A DNA stretch of 64,000 nucleotides from Desulfovibrio sp. (GTDB lineage: Bacteria > Desulfobacterota > Desulfovibrionia > Desulfovibrionales > Desulfovibrionaceae). A program made the position numbers and the translations under genes. The notes below the pieces were generated by a model. That model made no database searches. It saw only the letters and a program-made list of their open reading frames with translations, and was not told where the DNA came from. The first letter of the stretch is position 1. The number at the start of each line of letters is the position of its first letter. Below, piece by piece: positions 1 to 10,481 of the stretch. Location: positions 10,363 to 74,362 of the forward strand of contig NZ_DASQOG010000210.1 of the NCBI RefSeq assembly GCF_035644575.1, in the 5' to 3' direction.

Positions 1-530
1 GCTTCTTCCAGGTCGCTTGTTGGCAAAGAACCTTTCCCTCCACCACCAATAGACATGGAACGAAGCCAGATGGTTCCATCCTCATTGCCCAAGTGATCAA
101 AGGCGTATTTTAAGTCAGCCTTATTTTTCAAAACCAAATTTTCTGGAACAACTATTCCGGCAGCCTTAAACTTAAGCCAACTCTTATATTTATGGACACA
201 TGTATCAATTGTTTCGTTATCTGGAACAAGCATCCGCACGCCAATCGCTTCAATTTCGTCTCGAAAGCGTACGGCGACAGAAAGTTCAAAGTCATGCTGA
301 AAATGAATCATATCCGGCTTTTCTTTAATTAGGACTGAAAGCAACTTTTCTTTATAGCACTCTTCCTTAGCGTATGGCATCAAATATTTTTTATGTGCGT
401 TGCACATTACCAATTCTTCTGGCATTGCCCCCAAGCCAATAATTTCTTCACCGCCATTACCCATGAGTAAACTATTTATTACACCATTGGACTGAGCACT
501 TCCGGCACCAGTGATAATAATTTTTTTCAT
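1..530 (-). CDS. ATP-grasp (carbamoyl-phosphate synthase-like) protein, 5' part; runs off window start
   Basis: Hand translation from ATG at 530: MKKIIITGAGSAQSNG...IDTCVHKYKSWLKFKAAGIVVP...GGGGKG. This pattern is typical of ATP-grasp proteins in glycan loci. Not in the ORF track because it is truncated. Confidence 0.6.
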   Translation of the reverse strand, partial: MKKIIITGAGSAQSNGVINSLLMGNGGEEIIGLGAMPEELVMCNAHKKYLMPYAKEECYKEKLLSVLIKEKPDMIHFQHDFELSVAVRFRDEIEAIGVRMLVPDNETIDTCVHKYKSWLKFKAAGIVVPENLVLKNKADLKYAFDHLGNEDGTIWLRSMSIGGGGKGSLPTSDLEE

Positions 531-531
531 A

Positions 532-1476
532 TTACTTCTCTAACAATTCTGCATAGCCCATTCCAGCTAGACCATAATGGTTGCCGCAGTAAAACAAATA
601 AACTTTTCCATTACATTCAATTCTCTCAGCAAATGCAATCATTTCAGAATCCCATCCTGAAGGCGAAACATCTATTCCAATCAATTCATCTTTTCTCTCA
701 AATGAATGTCCGTCGGTGCTCTCACCGTATCCAAGGCGATATCCATTTGAAAGAGAACGAATCGAATAGATTGTTTTAAACAAGCCATCTTCTTGCCATA
801 CGGTGCATTTAGCAATTCCATGCTCATCGTCATTTTTGAAGGAAACAGAAGTACTCACCGGCACATTTGCCCAATTCACAGGGGAAAAAGACTCGCAATA
901 TTTCATGTCGTATAGAGGCATCAATTTAGATTCTTTTTTTACCCAGCCAGAACCAAAGTCAGCTGTATACCACATTTTATATTTAGAATTATCTTTCAAA
1001 ACAAAAGGAACACAACGGGTGCCACATTCACCTGAAATCCGATCTAACATTGGAACAGAATTTGTGATCTTTGTAAAAGTGTTCCCATTGTCATGACTTG
1101 CAGCCACCCCAGCAAAAATCAAATATGGCACTTTTACACATAATTGATATCCAGAATAGTAAAGATATAAAATATCACCATCTCTAAGCACAGAAGCCGT
1201 GACAACTCCATTATCGTCAAAACAACCAATATTCCCGATATCTACAAGGGGCTTTTGACTGTAAGACAAAATTTCAGAAGGATTATTTGCACTAACATCA
1301 ACATAACCGATCCTGCCAATATTCATATCATCACAAAATGTTACATAAACCCTAATAACATCTTTGCTTATCTGATATGGCAAAGGAACCATTGTATTCT
1401 TTTTGTACCAACTCAAATCAAAACTATTGGCATCACAAATTTTACCCTTCTTTAACCATTTCACAGGAGCCTCCAT
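532..1476 (-). CDS. Glycoside hydrolase-like beta-propeller protein (glycan-locus associated)
   Basis: 314-aa ORF with repeated blade motifs (YLYYSG, KMWYT, IYSIR...GYGES.DG, YLFYCGN). Confidence 0.55.
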   Translation of the reverse strand: MEAPVKWLKKGKICDANSFDLSWYKKNTMVPLPYQISKDVIRVYVTFCDDMNIGRIGYVDVSANNPSEILSYSQKPLVDIGNIGCFDDNGVVTASVLRDGDILYLYYSGYQLCVKVPYLIFAGVAASHDNGNTFTKITNSVPMLDRISGECGTRCVPFVLKDNSKYKMWYTADFGSGWVKKESKLMPLYDMKYCESFSPVNWANVPVSTSVSFKNDDEHGIAKCTVWQEDGLFKTIYSIRSLSNGYRLGYGESTDGHSFERKDELIGIDVSPSGWDSEMIAFAERIECNGKVYLFYCGNHYGLAGMGYAELLEK

Positions 1477-2944
1477 TAATTAATGATTCAAAAAAACCAG
1501 AGAGATCATTGTTATTATTAATGTAAGTGTACATATATGATTCGTAATAAACATTAATGTATTGCTCTCTAATTTTTTCGTTTGTAAGAATACTCAGCGC
1601 AGCCGCAACATAATCATCGCTATTATTGCAAACAAAAATTTTGGAAATTCCATCATCATCTATACAAATCTTTTTTAAATATTCATTCCCATTCAAAGCC
1701 TCCCAGTAAATATCACGCCAATACAAGTTAAACTCATCATCATACATCGATACAATCGGCACCTTATAATACGCCGCAATCTCTTCAACAGTACCTAATG
1801 ATAGGGGGAAGCAAGATAAAATAAGCGAACTAAATCTGATTGCCATCATTAGCTGAATCTGATCCATCCAGGGGATATATGAATTGCGATCTGAAAGTCC
1901 GTTGTCACAAAAAAATTGATCTATCTCGCGATCAAAATGATATCCAGTCCACAGGAAATGTGTGCTTTTATCCATTTTAAGGATTTTCGTAACACACTGG
2001 AGGAACTCAGGCTGCTTAATTTTTTCAGTACGCGCAGGAGTAAACAAATATTTTTTGGGATTTAAATTTATACCATCAATTACGCTAGTTTGAGGGAGTA
2101 CTTTCCATGTTTTTTCATTAAAGTTTTTCGAAAATATTGTTCCAGCTCCACCATATGTGACCACATCGTCCAAATACTCAAAATTTATGTTCGGCCGTAA
2201 ATATTGGGACAACCAAATTTGTTTTTCTGCCAAGCCAAAGGAGAATAAGAAAAACATATGAAAAGGCGGCAAGCACCAAATCGCACAAGAAATTTTCTCT
2301 TTTTGGACAAGATTTCTCAACGTAAAAAGATTATATGTTGAGGAATGAGCCTCTATATATTCATACCCACAAATTTTAAAGAGATCAGAGATTTTTATTT
2401 GACCCCGCACATCAAATGCTCCCAAACAAGTCATTCTAGGCTTGAAGCGCGCAAGAGATTTCCCAAGACCCAAGATTACCTCATATCCAGAATATGCCAC
2501 ATATGGCGAAACAAAACTTACACGACTGCCTGAGCTTTTCTGTAGGGGAAAGGCCTCGCGAAAGCGTTTGCCGGCATTAATGGCAGAATCAGAAAACGTT
2601 TTTAGAACGTCTTCAAAGTCTTTTTCAGTGCGCTTCGACAGAAAATATTCTTCGCACACGAAAAGTAATATTTGCGCATAATTAACATAATTTTTTTCAA
2701 ATAAAATTCTTATGGTGGGTAAAAGGGAATAATGTACACAATGCTCGCGGTCGGATGAACAAAACAAATTCACTGAGTTTCGCATGTGACCCGAGAGAGC
2801 ATAAAAAACCTTTAGTAAAAAAGGAAATCTTTCATAGTCAGTTATGCGACAATGCGGTAAACATATAGAGATGCCATGAATGAAACGATAGAATACCAGT
2901 TGGCGCATCATAAATTTGGCGAATTTTATAAAAACTTGCTTCAT
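1442..2944 (-). CDS. Putative GT-B glycosyltransferase, GT41 (OGT/HMW1C)-like C-terminus
   Basis: 500-aa ORF. TPARTEKI and LILSCFPLSLGTVEEIAAYYKVPIVSM resemble the GT41 motif DxxLDTFPYxGxTTxxEAxWMGVPVVT. Weak, by-eye match. Confidence 0.45.
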   Translation of the reverse strand: MKQVFIKFAKFMMRQLVFYRFIHGISICLPHCRITDYERFPFLLKVFYALSGHMRNSVNLFCSSDREHCVHYSLLPTIRILFEKNYVNYAQILLFVCEEYFLSKRTEKDFEDVLKTFSDSAINAGKRFREAFPLQKSSGSRVSFVSPYVAYSGYEVILGLGKSLARFKPRMTCLGAFDVRGQIKISDLFKICGYEYIEAHSSTYNLFTLRNLVQKEKISCAIWCLPPFHMFFLFSFGLAEKQIWLSQYLRPNINFEYLDDVVTYGGAGTIFSKNFNEKTWKVLPQTSVIDGINLNPKKYLFTPARTEKIKQPEFLQCVTKILKMDKSTHFLWTGYHFDREIDQFFCDNGLSDRNSYIPWMDQIQLMMAIRFSSLILSCFPLSLGTVEEIAAYYKVPIVSMYDDEFNLYWRDIYWEALNGNEYLKKICIDDDGISKIFVCNNSDDYVAAALSILTNEKIREQYINVYYESYMYTYINNNNDLSGFFESLINGGSCEMVKEG

Positions 2945-2973
2945 ACTTCCTCCAACTCTCCTAATATATTAAA

Positions 2974-4014
2974 TTATTTACTTGTAAAAATCGCAATTTT
3001 AAACCAAAAAAATTTTAAAAAGCGTTTTATTGCAAAAATTTTTTTAGCCGAAATAAATCTGGTAATCTCAACAACATAATCATGTTTATTTACTAAGATA
3101 CATAAATAATATTTGTCGATTCGCTTCCTAAAATAGACTAAAATGTAACTACACATTGATAAAATTTTTTTATTCTTTGTAACTGCAGCCTCTGCAAGTT
3201 CTATCATTTTCTCATCCTTACTCTGAGCAACAAGAGCTATTTCGTACTTGAGTGTATCTATAAAATACTTATCCATAATACCATGTTTCTTTATAGTGTT
3301 TGTAGCATGAGACCTATAGTTATATAAGCATTCATCTAAATACTTTAACTTTCCAAGTTTAGCTATTTGCATAACGAGATACCAATCCTCAAGAGGTGCC
3401 TCTTTTTTGAAGCCACCAATTTCAGTCAATGCTGATGTGCGAATCATAAAACCATTGGGAATATAATTTCCCAAAAGCAAAGAAGCATATGTGCCAAAAG
3501 CATTGGTCTTAAAATCAGCATGTTGATTGATCTTTTGCAGGAACTGACAAAATGTCGCATAGGATCGAGGCGTGCCTAAAGGCACAACCTGACCACACGA
3601 GTTCCATGCCACCCTACATGAACCTTCATCAACAAAGTAATTATCACCAACAACAAAATTATAATCTGGATTATTAGCTAAAAAGCTAGCAAATATTCTT
3701 ACAATAGATGGTTCAAGAAAATCATCGGATGCACAAAATTGAACATAATCACCGCGAACCTGTGAAAGAAGACTGTTTAACGTTGCAGTAATTCCAGAAT
3801 TTTTTTGCCCACAGACAACAAATCTATTAAATCTATGTCCGCTGTTCGCTTTAACTTTGTTGATTATTTGAAGTGTATTATCAATTGATCCATCATCAAT
3901 AACGATTAATTCTATATTCTGATATTCTTGGCGAAAAACAGAGCGTAGTGTTTCTTCAACGAATAATTCATGATTATGGGCTGGGATGATTACAGAAACT
4001 GATGGTAGTGACAT
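2974..4014 (-). CDS. Glycosyltransferase family 2
   Basis: VSVIIPAHN, VIDDGSID, ASDD (DXD) and EDW motifs. Confidence 0.9.
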   Translation of the reverse strand: MSLPSVSVIIPAHNHELFVEETLRSVFRQEYQNIELIVIDDGSIDNTLQIINKVKANSGHRFNRFVVCGQKNSGITATLNSLLSQVRGDYVQFCASDDFLEPSIVRIFASFLANNPDYNFVVGDNYFVDEGSCRVAWNSCGQVVPLGTPRSYATFCQFLQKINQHADFKTNAFGTYASLLLGNYIPNGFMIRTSALTEIGGFKKEAPLEDWYLVMQIAKLGKLKYLDECLYNYRSHATNTIKKHGIMDKYFIDTLKYEIALVAQSKDEKMIELAEAAVTKNKKILSMCSYILVYFRKRIDKYYLCILVNKHDYVVEITRFISAKKIFAIKRFLKFFWFKIAIFTSK

Positions 4015-4032
4015 CTCGCACCCGTGCCATAC

Positions 4033-4671
4033 TTAATTATTTAGCATGAAATAATGGTAAACACTATTGGCACAACGCCATGGTAAATGTTTTTGAAGTC
4101 GATCTAACGCAATAAAACCTGTATCTACAGCGATACTTCGAATTCCCAGGCTTTTTGCTGCGTCTATATCTTCACCTGTATCCCCGAAAAAAAAATCATC
4201 ACATGAAAAATCTACAGTATCCCGTATGATGCTATCTTTAGATCTTAATTGGTTGGTCACTAATACCAAAGAAAAATACTTCCGCCAATCTAACCAATTC
4301 AGCTGGGCGATAAGACGATCAGAAAACTGTCGAGCCGAGACTAAAATCAAATCGCTGTTACCGCTTAGCAACTCAAGCACATCCTTGATACCCTCAAACG
4401 GCGTGTCTAATTTAAGCAGCTCAAATTCTTCTATTTCATCAAGCCACCTATTCTTGAACATCTGCACTTCAGTGCTTGTAAATTTCATAAAGAATTGCAA
4501 TAACATTGATTGATTCATAAAATTTCTTTTATAATACCAATACGTATTAAAATCAGGAATTAAATTTTCATCGCCAGGCCTCATAGCCAAAACAATTTTT
4601 CGAAATAGAGTATATACTCTTTTCTTTGAATCGACCAAAGTTCCATCAAAATCAAAAAAGTATTTTTGCAC
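4033..4671 (-). CDS. HAD-family hydrolase
   Basis: FDFDGTLVDS motif I and FGDTGEDIDAA motif IV. Confidence 0.85.
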   Translation of the reverse strand: MQKYFFDFDGTLVDSKKRVYTLFRKIVLAMRPGDENLIPDFNTYWYYKRNFMNQSMLLQFFMKFTSTEVQMFKNRWLDEIEEFELLKLDTPFEGIKDVLELLSGNSDLILVSARQFSDRLIAQLNWLDWRKYFSLVLVTNQLRSKDSIIRDTVDFSCDDFFFGDTGEDIDAAKSLGIRSIAVDTGFIALDRLQKHLPWRCANSVYHYFMLNN

Positions 4672-4750
4672 ATTTATAACCGGCTTTGCTTCTTAAGCGC
4701 GATTGCTCATTTGGGGAATATGATACCACAGTATTGCATAAAAATACTTA

Positions 4751-5794
4751 TCATAGGCGGTAAACGTCATGCAAAAAAACACGCCCACCAAAACCTTCTT
4801 TTTGATGCAACAGACCAAAGTTAATGCATGAACCGTCTTGCTCTGTTGAAATTCCGAAACTAAACCATCTTTTTTGATTTGCCTGTGCTTCTATAACGCT
4901 GCTCATCAACAAGTCGAGAGCGCCAAGTTCTCGCCCCTCTTGGCTAGCACAAATGTACTGGGAGTGGGCGGCAGTCTTTGTCAAAAAAAGCAAAATTCCA
5001 GCAAGGATTATTCCGTCTTTTTGTGCTGTGACAAGCTTTATGCGTTCAGGAAATCGCTCATGCAACAGAGCTAACTCTGCGGCGGAATGCTTTGGCGTTG
5101 TATTATGCCTACGCAACGTCTTACTAAGCACTTGTATATATTGATTCCAATCTTCACTATCCAAAATTTCAATGCGATTTTTTTGGGCCTTGTTGATGCC
5201 ACGCTTTCTCATAGTTGTCATTGGCAACGGTGCACAATAACAAATACCTGTAGACATATGCCTCTCAATTATTTTTGCCCCTATCATAGATAGAGCATAG
5301 CTTTGTACCTCACATGGCACTTCGTGATAAGGGTAAGGAGTGGGCTTACAAACTAATTCTTGGAATTGATTCTTCTTTAAGTATTTTTTTAGCGCAACAT
5401 AAAAAGCTAAGATATCGGACGCATACACTTTGGGTCCATGAACGAGCCCGCCAAAGGTTAGCCCTTGATGCGAATACAGTGTGTTATCTCGCTCGTTGGC
5501 AGGAAACACACCAAGCAAAGCCCCATTACGCATCATAAGTAATGAGTGATCGCAAAACCTATCCGAATGATAGTCCATGAAATTACGATAAAAAAGAAGA
5601 TGCTCATTTACCGCATTAGCAACACAGGCATCCCATTGTTCATGGTCTCCCTTTGAATAACGAATGACCTCGACAGGAGCTACACCTGCCTGCTCAAGTT
5701 GCTCACTAAGCCCAGTTTGACACAATTCTGCAAAGGGCAGGACAGTGGGTGACAATTTATTTCCCCCAATAATTGCGAATTTGCATACACACAA
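4751..5794 (-). CDS. GNAT/FemAB-like acyltransferase; true start probably downstream of 5794
   Basis: [13 protein letters not shown]...SHQGLTFGG...FGISTE...KEGFGGR. This family is commonly found next to fdt genes. Confidence 0.7.
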   Translation of the reverse strand: MCVCKFAIIGGNKLSPTVLPFAELCQTGLSEQLEQAGVAPVEVIRYSKGDHEQWDACVANAVNEHLLFYRNFMDYHSDRFCDHSLLMMRNGALLGVFPANERDNTLYSHQGLTFGGLVHGPKVYASDILAFYVALKKYLKKNQFQELVCKPTPYPYHEVPCEVQSYALSMIGAKIIERHMSTGICYCAPLPMTTMRKRGINKAQKNRIEILDSEDWNQYIQVLSKTLRRHNTTPKHSAAELALLHERFPERIKLVTAQKDGIILAGILLFLTKTAAHSQYICASQEGRELGALDLLMSSVIEAQANQKRWFSFGISTEQDGSCINFGLLHQKEGFGGRVFLHDVYRL

Positions 5795-7295
5795 ATTCTA
5801 TTTCTGCCTTTGTGTGCATTGCATCAAGGGGCAAGCTCAGCACTTCTGCTGCCTGCACCTCTGCCTCGGGAAATTTTAGCTCGCTATACTCCTTCGCATA
5901 ACACTTCTGCCGGTGCAATGCGGACGGATAGTGAATATTGGTGCCAATACCCTTTTGGGACAAATAGTTGGCCAACTCATCGCGCCTGCCGTTTTTTACA
6001 CGTACGGCAAATACATGCCAAACGGGTACTGTATCTGGCAAAGTACTGGGCAGCTCTATTTCGCCAACATCGCTTAATAAATCGAAATAAATTTTTGCTA
6101 GTTGGCGCCTTTTTTCATTCCATTCATCAAGATGAGAAAGCTTTTCGCTGAGCATGGCAGCCTGAATTTCGTCTAGCCGCGAATTGCCACCGAGCATTTC
6201 GTGATCATACTTAACTGTTGAACCGTAGTTAGCTAGTTTACTAATTTTATTTGCAAGATCTGTATCATTTGTTGTTACGCAACCACCGTCTCCGAATCCG
6301 CCTAGATTCTTTGTGGGGTAAAAACTAAAGGCTGCAGCAGTTCCAATGCTTCCGCATTTATTCCCCTTATATAATGCACCGTGTGCCTGACAGGCATCTT
6401 CAATTACCTTCAGGCCAAATTCTTTTGCAACGTTGCTAATGGCATCCATATTTGCGGGCAGTCCATACAGGTGCGTGAGCAAGATGGCCTTTGTTGCAGG
6501 CGTAACTGCGTCCTTAAGTTTACTGGCATCAATGTTGCCGCCAGGCCCACAGTCTACAAACACTGGCCTAGCTTTTACCCGGCTGACAGCCAAAGGAGTG
6601 GCTATAAACCCCGCTGCGCAAAGAAGAACCTCATCCCCTTGCCCAATGCCAAGGCCTTCCAAAATCATGACCAGAGCCTCGAGTCCATTGCCTACGGTTA
6701 TGGCATGCCGAACGCCGCAATATTCGGCAAAAGACTTTTCAAATTTCTTTTTTTCGCAGCCATTTATAAAAGAATTTGATCTAATTACCCTTAAAGCTGC
6801 GTGCTCTATTTCTTTTCCCACACTGTCATGATAGCGAGAAAAATCTATATATGGCACAGAATCTACTTCATCCAATGAGGCCAGCCATGATTGAAATTCG
6901 TCGTAGTCTCGAATGTAATCCGATTCATTATAGTTGGTCGATGCAAGAACCATAATGACGGTATCATCACTGAAATGCATCATTTCGCGCCAGTAGCCAG
7001 CAGGGATAAGCACAGCTTCATTAGGCGACGCCAATTCAAAACGGAATTTTCCGCCTGGGCCTTCAAGTATAAGAGTTACTGATCCATGAACAACCACAAA
7101 GCATTGCTGCAATTTCTTGTGTGCATGAAACCCCCGATGTGTTGAGGCTTCAGCACCGTAGATATAATAAACGCGCCTTATTGTGAACGGCAGATCCGTG
7201 CTGGATTCAATTACGCTCAGCGCGCCATTAGTGCCATCTTTTACAGTCTTGATAGATATTTTTTTTGGGTGCGCAGTCTGCATATTTCGCCTCAT
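5757..7295 (-). CDS. fdtA-fdtB: Fused sugar 3,4-ketoisomerase (FdtA/QdtA cupin) plus DegT/DnrJ aminotransferase (FdtB/QdtB)
   Basis: N-terminus has RRVYYIY...[11 protein letters not shown]...YIRDYDEF. C-terminus has [25 protein letters not shown] (PLP lysine) and [10 protein letters not shown]. One continuous 512-aa ORF. Confidence 0.85.
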   Translation of the reverse strand: MRRNMQTAHPKKISIKTVKDGTNGALSVIESSTDLPFTIRRVYYIYGAEASTHRGFHAHKKLQQCFVVVHGSVTLILEGPGGKFRFELASPNEAVLIPAGYWREMMHFSDDTVIMVLASTNYNESDYIRDYDEFQSWLASLDEVDSVPYIDFSRYHDSVGKEIEHAALRVIRSNSFINGCEKKKFEKSFAEYCGVRHAITVGNGLEALVMILEGLGIGQGDEVLLCAAGFIATPLAVSRVKARPVFVDCGPGGNIDASKLKDAVTPATKAILLTHLYGLPANMDAISNVAKEFGLKVIEDACQAHGALYKGNKCGSIGTAAAFSFYPTKNLGGFGDGGCVTTNDTDLANKISKLANYGSTVKYDHEMLGGNSRLDEIQAAMLSEKLSHLDEWNEKRRQLAKIYFDLLSDVGEIELPSTLPDTVPVWHVFAVRVKNGRRDELANYLSQKGIGTNIHYPSALHRQKCYAKEYSELKFPEAEVQAAEVLSLPLDAMHTKAEIEFVCMQIRNYWGK

Positions 7296-7354
7296 ACATC
7301 CAACATGCTGATATTTTATAATAAAAAGTCAAAAAAACAGCTGCGACTTGACTG

Positions 7355-7877
7355 CTCATAATTGCAATCAAGAACGGCTCATTACTGTCCTTTTGCGACA
7401 ACGAAGGATTCTGCACTGACCAGTGAATGCCAATTTCAGGATCACCCCAGCGAATGCCCCGTCATCTTTCAGGAGTAATAGTCTGTTCATTCATAACCCA
7501 AATGCACAGTTTCACTGGTGACCACACCCCCCTGCACCGTCCCATGTTCTGTCCACACCTCCCACGGGTTTTGTTTTGCAAGTTCAACACCAGACTGCTA
7601 TTCAAATGACGGAAAACTCTGCCGCATATCAACGGCAACATCAAAAACGCTGCCATGTGGTTCTTACCAGCTTTCCTTTTGGCCTATTTCCTGAAAATGA
7701 GGCCCCGCATAATACCACATTTAGACGTGAAGTGGTGATCTTGCACAAATGGAAGCTTAATGCCCACAGAACCATATCGTTTTTGCTGTCAGATTTCTAC
7801 TAAATACCCGCGCACATTACCGCACATTTTGGGTTTGATCAGCATCACTCTCGAAATTGCGTTCGCACTATTTCCAC
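7355..7877 (-). pseudogene. rfbC: dTDP-4-dehydrorhamnose 3,5-epimerase remnant with multiple stops and frameshifts
   Basis: Fragments in shifting frames: VMLIKPKMCGNVRGYL, PFVQDHH..GIMRGL, GSVFDVAVDMRQSFPSFE*, RGIRWGDPEIGIHW..NPSLSQKD. The ends are approximate. Confidence 0.75.
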
Positions 7878-7879
7878 TG

Positions 7880-8479
7880 TTCGATCCCGTATCTGCGTAT
7901 TCTATGAGATATTGACCATATCCCGTTTTGATCATGTGTTTGGCCAAGGCACGCAGATCATCAGCACTGATATATCGCACTTGTGCCCCTGGCGGTTTTC
8001 AAGGGCCAACACAAAGAAGCGGCGCCTATCAATGAGCCGTGCGTCCCTGTATCAACTAAGCAATACCACACACCATCAGCTCTACATGCAGAATCGCCGG
8101 GTTGATGTAAGCGTTGTTTACTTCGGTGATTTCCAGTTCGCCTCTGGCGAAGGGCTCATCGCCTTGGCAATTTTCTGTAGATCTCCGTCATAAAAATAAA
8201 GGCCGGTGATCTCAGAATTAGACTTTGGGCTGGCTGGTTTTCCTTCTCCCACTACCCTAAATTGCTCATCAAATTCAACAATCGGTCTCATCCAGGGCAT
8301 GAACATGGCACCCCAATACTGTTTCCCACTGTTGCGCTGCATTGCCTCATATGCCAAGATTGGCAACACATGACTCAAAAACGCGTTTCGCCCAGCACAA
8401 AACAGACATTACAACCAGCAATTTGCTTTTCTACTAGCAAAAAACCCTGCGCCAGCCCTTCTGACTGGGGTTGCACAAT
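7880..8479 (-). pseudogene. rfbA: Glucose-1-phosphate thymidylyltransferase remnant, 5'-truncated at the IS end
   Basis: Fragments IVQPQSEGLAQGFLL, VEFDEQF..KPASPKSNS.ITGLYFYDGD, YISADDLRALA..GYGQYL. The first fragment abuts the IS left end at 8480. Confidence 0.85.
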
Positions 8480-8888
8480 TGACCCTCCCCCCGAAAAGTA
8501 AGCCAGCAAAAAAAATTAGTGTTTTTGACATCGGAGCACAAGAATGAAGAGTAGCAGATTCACCGAAGAACAGATTATTGGGATCTTGCGGCAAACCGAG
8601 GCTGGCGTTCGCGTTGTCGATCTATGTCGTCAGAATGGCATTTCAGATGCGACCTTTTACAAATGGAGCCGCGAGTTCGGTAGGATGAACATCTCTGACG
8701 CCACGCGGTTGCACCAGTTGGAGGAAAGAAACGCCCGCCTGAAAAGGCTTGTAGAAGAAAGCCTTTCTCTGCACACCCGCAAGCGCGTGAAGCGTCCAAG
8801 CCATGCCCATATTGTCCAGACTGGCCCTGCTGGCCGGGATGCAACCCATTGGGAACAAATAACTTACAAGTGGTATGGGGCAAGGTCA
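8480..8888 (+). mobile_element. IS3-family internally deleted miniature copy (409 bp, both ends retained)
   Basis: Left end TGACCCTCCCCCCGAAAAGT at 8480. orfA (MKSSRFTEEQIIGIL) is fused to a mid-orfB fragment. Right end ...GGGGCAAGGTCA at 8888. Confidence 0.85.
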
Positions 8889-9601
8889 GCCGCCCCCCGC
8901 TTCAGTTGACTTTTTCTCAAGTGCGGCCAAACGGCGGTTTACTGATTCAAGGCTGTGACGCAACCAGATCGACCGTATCCGGATGGGGAAACAAATATGC
9001 CTTGCTTGCGGAGCTCGTTACTGGCCCGTACTTGCCCATATGCAGGAAAATCAAGAGCAAAGGCAGTAACAGCTAGCTCCGTAGACTCTTCAACACGATT
9101 CTTCCACCACGCGCAGCCTGATACCGATAAAAAGTACCGCGTGAAAACCCTATAATCTTGTAGGCGTCCGAAATATTGCCAAATTCCGCAGCGAGATTGA
9201 GAAGCCCGGTCTTGTGCTTGATGACGTTTTGATTGAAACTTTCTACGGGAATTCTCCGTGGGCTTGTGCCCGGTTTGATGGTGCGTTTACATTTCCATCA
9301 AAACGGGGATTCCCCTTTCCTTCAGGGACCTGTCAGATCAAGTATAAACTAGCTCAAATGAGGCAGAGCAACAACTACGCTTGCCAGCTTTTAGGATGGC
9401 ACTTTGCAAAACCATCTGCCTTAAGAATGTCTTGAGAAAATCGCGTCCACAGCTTATATTTGAAATTATGTCGCCGCATCTTAACGCCTCTATGTAAGAG
9501 GAACACAACGATCCCTGCATTCTTGCGGGGCGTTGAATGCCCCTCATCAAGGCTGGCAGGCCGATACCAACCGCCAACTCTTGTGGAAGGATCACCTTCG
9601 C

Positions 9602-10357
9602 ATGAACAATCAATTTGAAGAATTTCTTCAGCATGGCTACATTTTAAATAATTTTTATCATTTTTCCAACAAAATCAAAGCGTGGCAATACTATCTTCCT
9701 TTTACAAAAGCGGCTAATTACATTGATCCAAACACACGAGCCCTTGATTGGGGATGTGGCAACGGTCACTTCTCATCTTTTCTTCTGCATAATAAGCAAA
9801 TGACTACTGCCTTTGGCTTTGGCGAAACATCTGCAATTCCCTTGCTCACAGACAACAAACTTTTCAACTTTGTTGCAGCCAATACCCATGAGCCTACAAA
9901 GCTACCTTTTGCAGACCAAACTTTTGATATTGTTTTCAGCATGGGGGTATTGGAACATGTTCATGAATCTGGTGGCGATCAGCTCTCGTCACTCAAAGAG
10001 ATACATCGCATACTTAAGCCGCATGGTTACTTCCTTTGCTTCCATTTTCCCTACAGTGGTAGTCTTGTAGAAATCATTCACAATGCAATCATGCCTTTCA
10101 AGCGCAAGGCCTATGTTCACACCAGGCGGTTCTCTCAGGAAGATGTTTTACGTCTTGCAAGTAATTCTTGCTTAGAAGTAAAAGAATGGGGGACATATAA
10201 TATATTGCCGAGAAATTTTACAGAGATCCTGCCTGTGAGCGTAACAAATAATCATTTTTTTGTTTCTGTCTTTAATGCAGTAGATACATTAATTTCGCAG
10301 CTTTTCCCATTTTGGTGCACACAAAGCTATTTCATAGCCCAAAAAATCAGTTCATAG
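9602..10357 (+). CDS. Class I SAM-dependent methyltransferase
   Basis: ALDWGCGNG, LPFADQTFDIVFSMGVLEHV and ILKPHG motifs. Start placed at ATG 9602. Confidence 0.85.
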   Translation: MNNQFEEFLQHGYILNNFYHFSNKIKAWQYYLPFTKAANYIDPNTRALDWGCGNGHFSSFLLHNKQMTTAFGFGETSAIPLLTDNKLFNFVAANTHEPTKLPFADQTFDIVFSMGVLEHVHESGGDQLSSLKEIHRILKPHGYFLCFHFPYSGSLVEIIHNAIMPFKRKAYVHTRRFSQEDVLRLASNSCLEVKEWGTYNILPRNFTEILPVSVTNNHFFVSVFNAVDTLISQLFPFWCTQSYFIAQKISS

Positions 10358-10481
10358 CAAACTTTATGGCTTAATCGCAGAATTAAATTGGGCATATGTA
10401 ATGCATAACACGTGCATAGACATACTGATCAATAATTGGGTTCACTTCTTCGGACCGGCCAACGTCAAAACTAAGATAGAC

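Noticed and set aside
8889-9530. Possible decayed FkbM-type methyltransferase (LRKSRPQLIFE fragment)
   Set aside because: A single short motif is too weak without an alignment.
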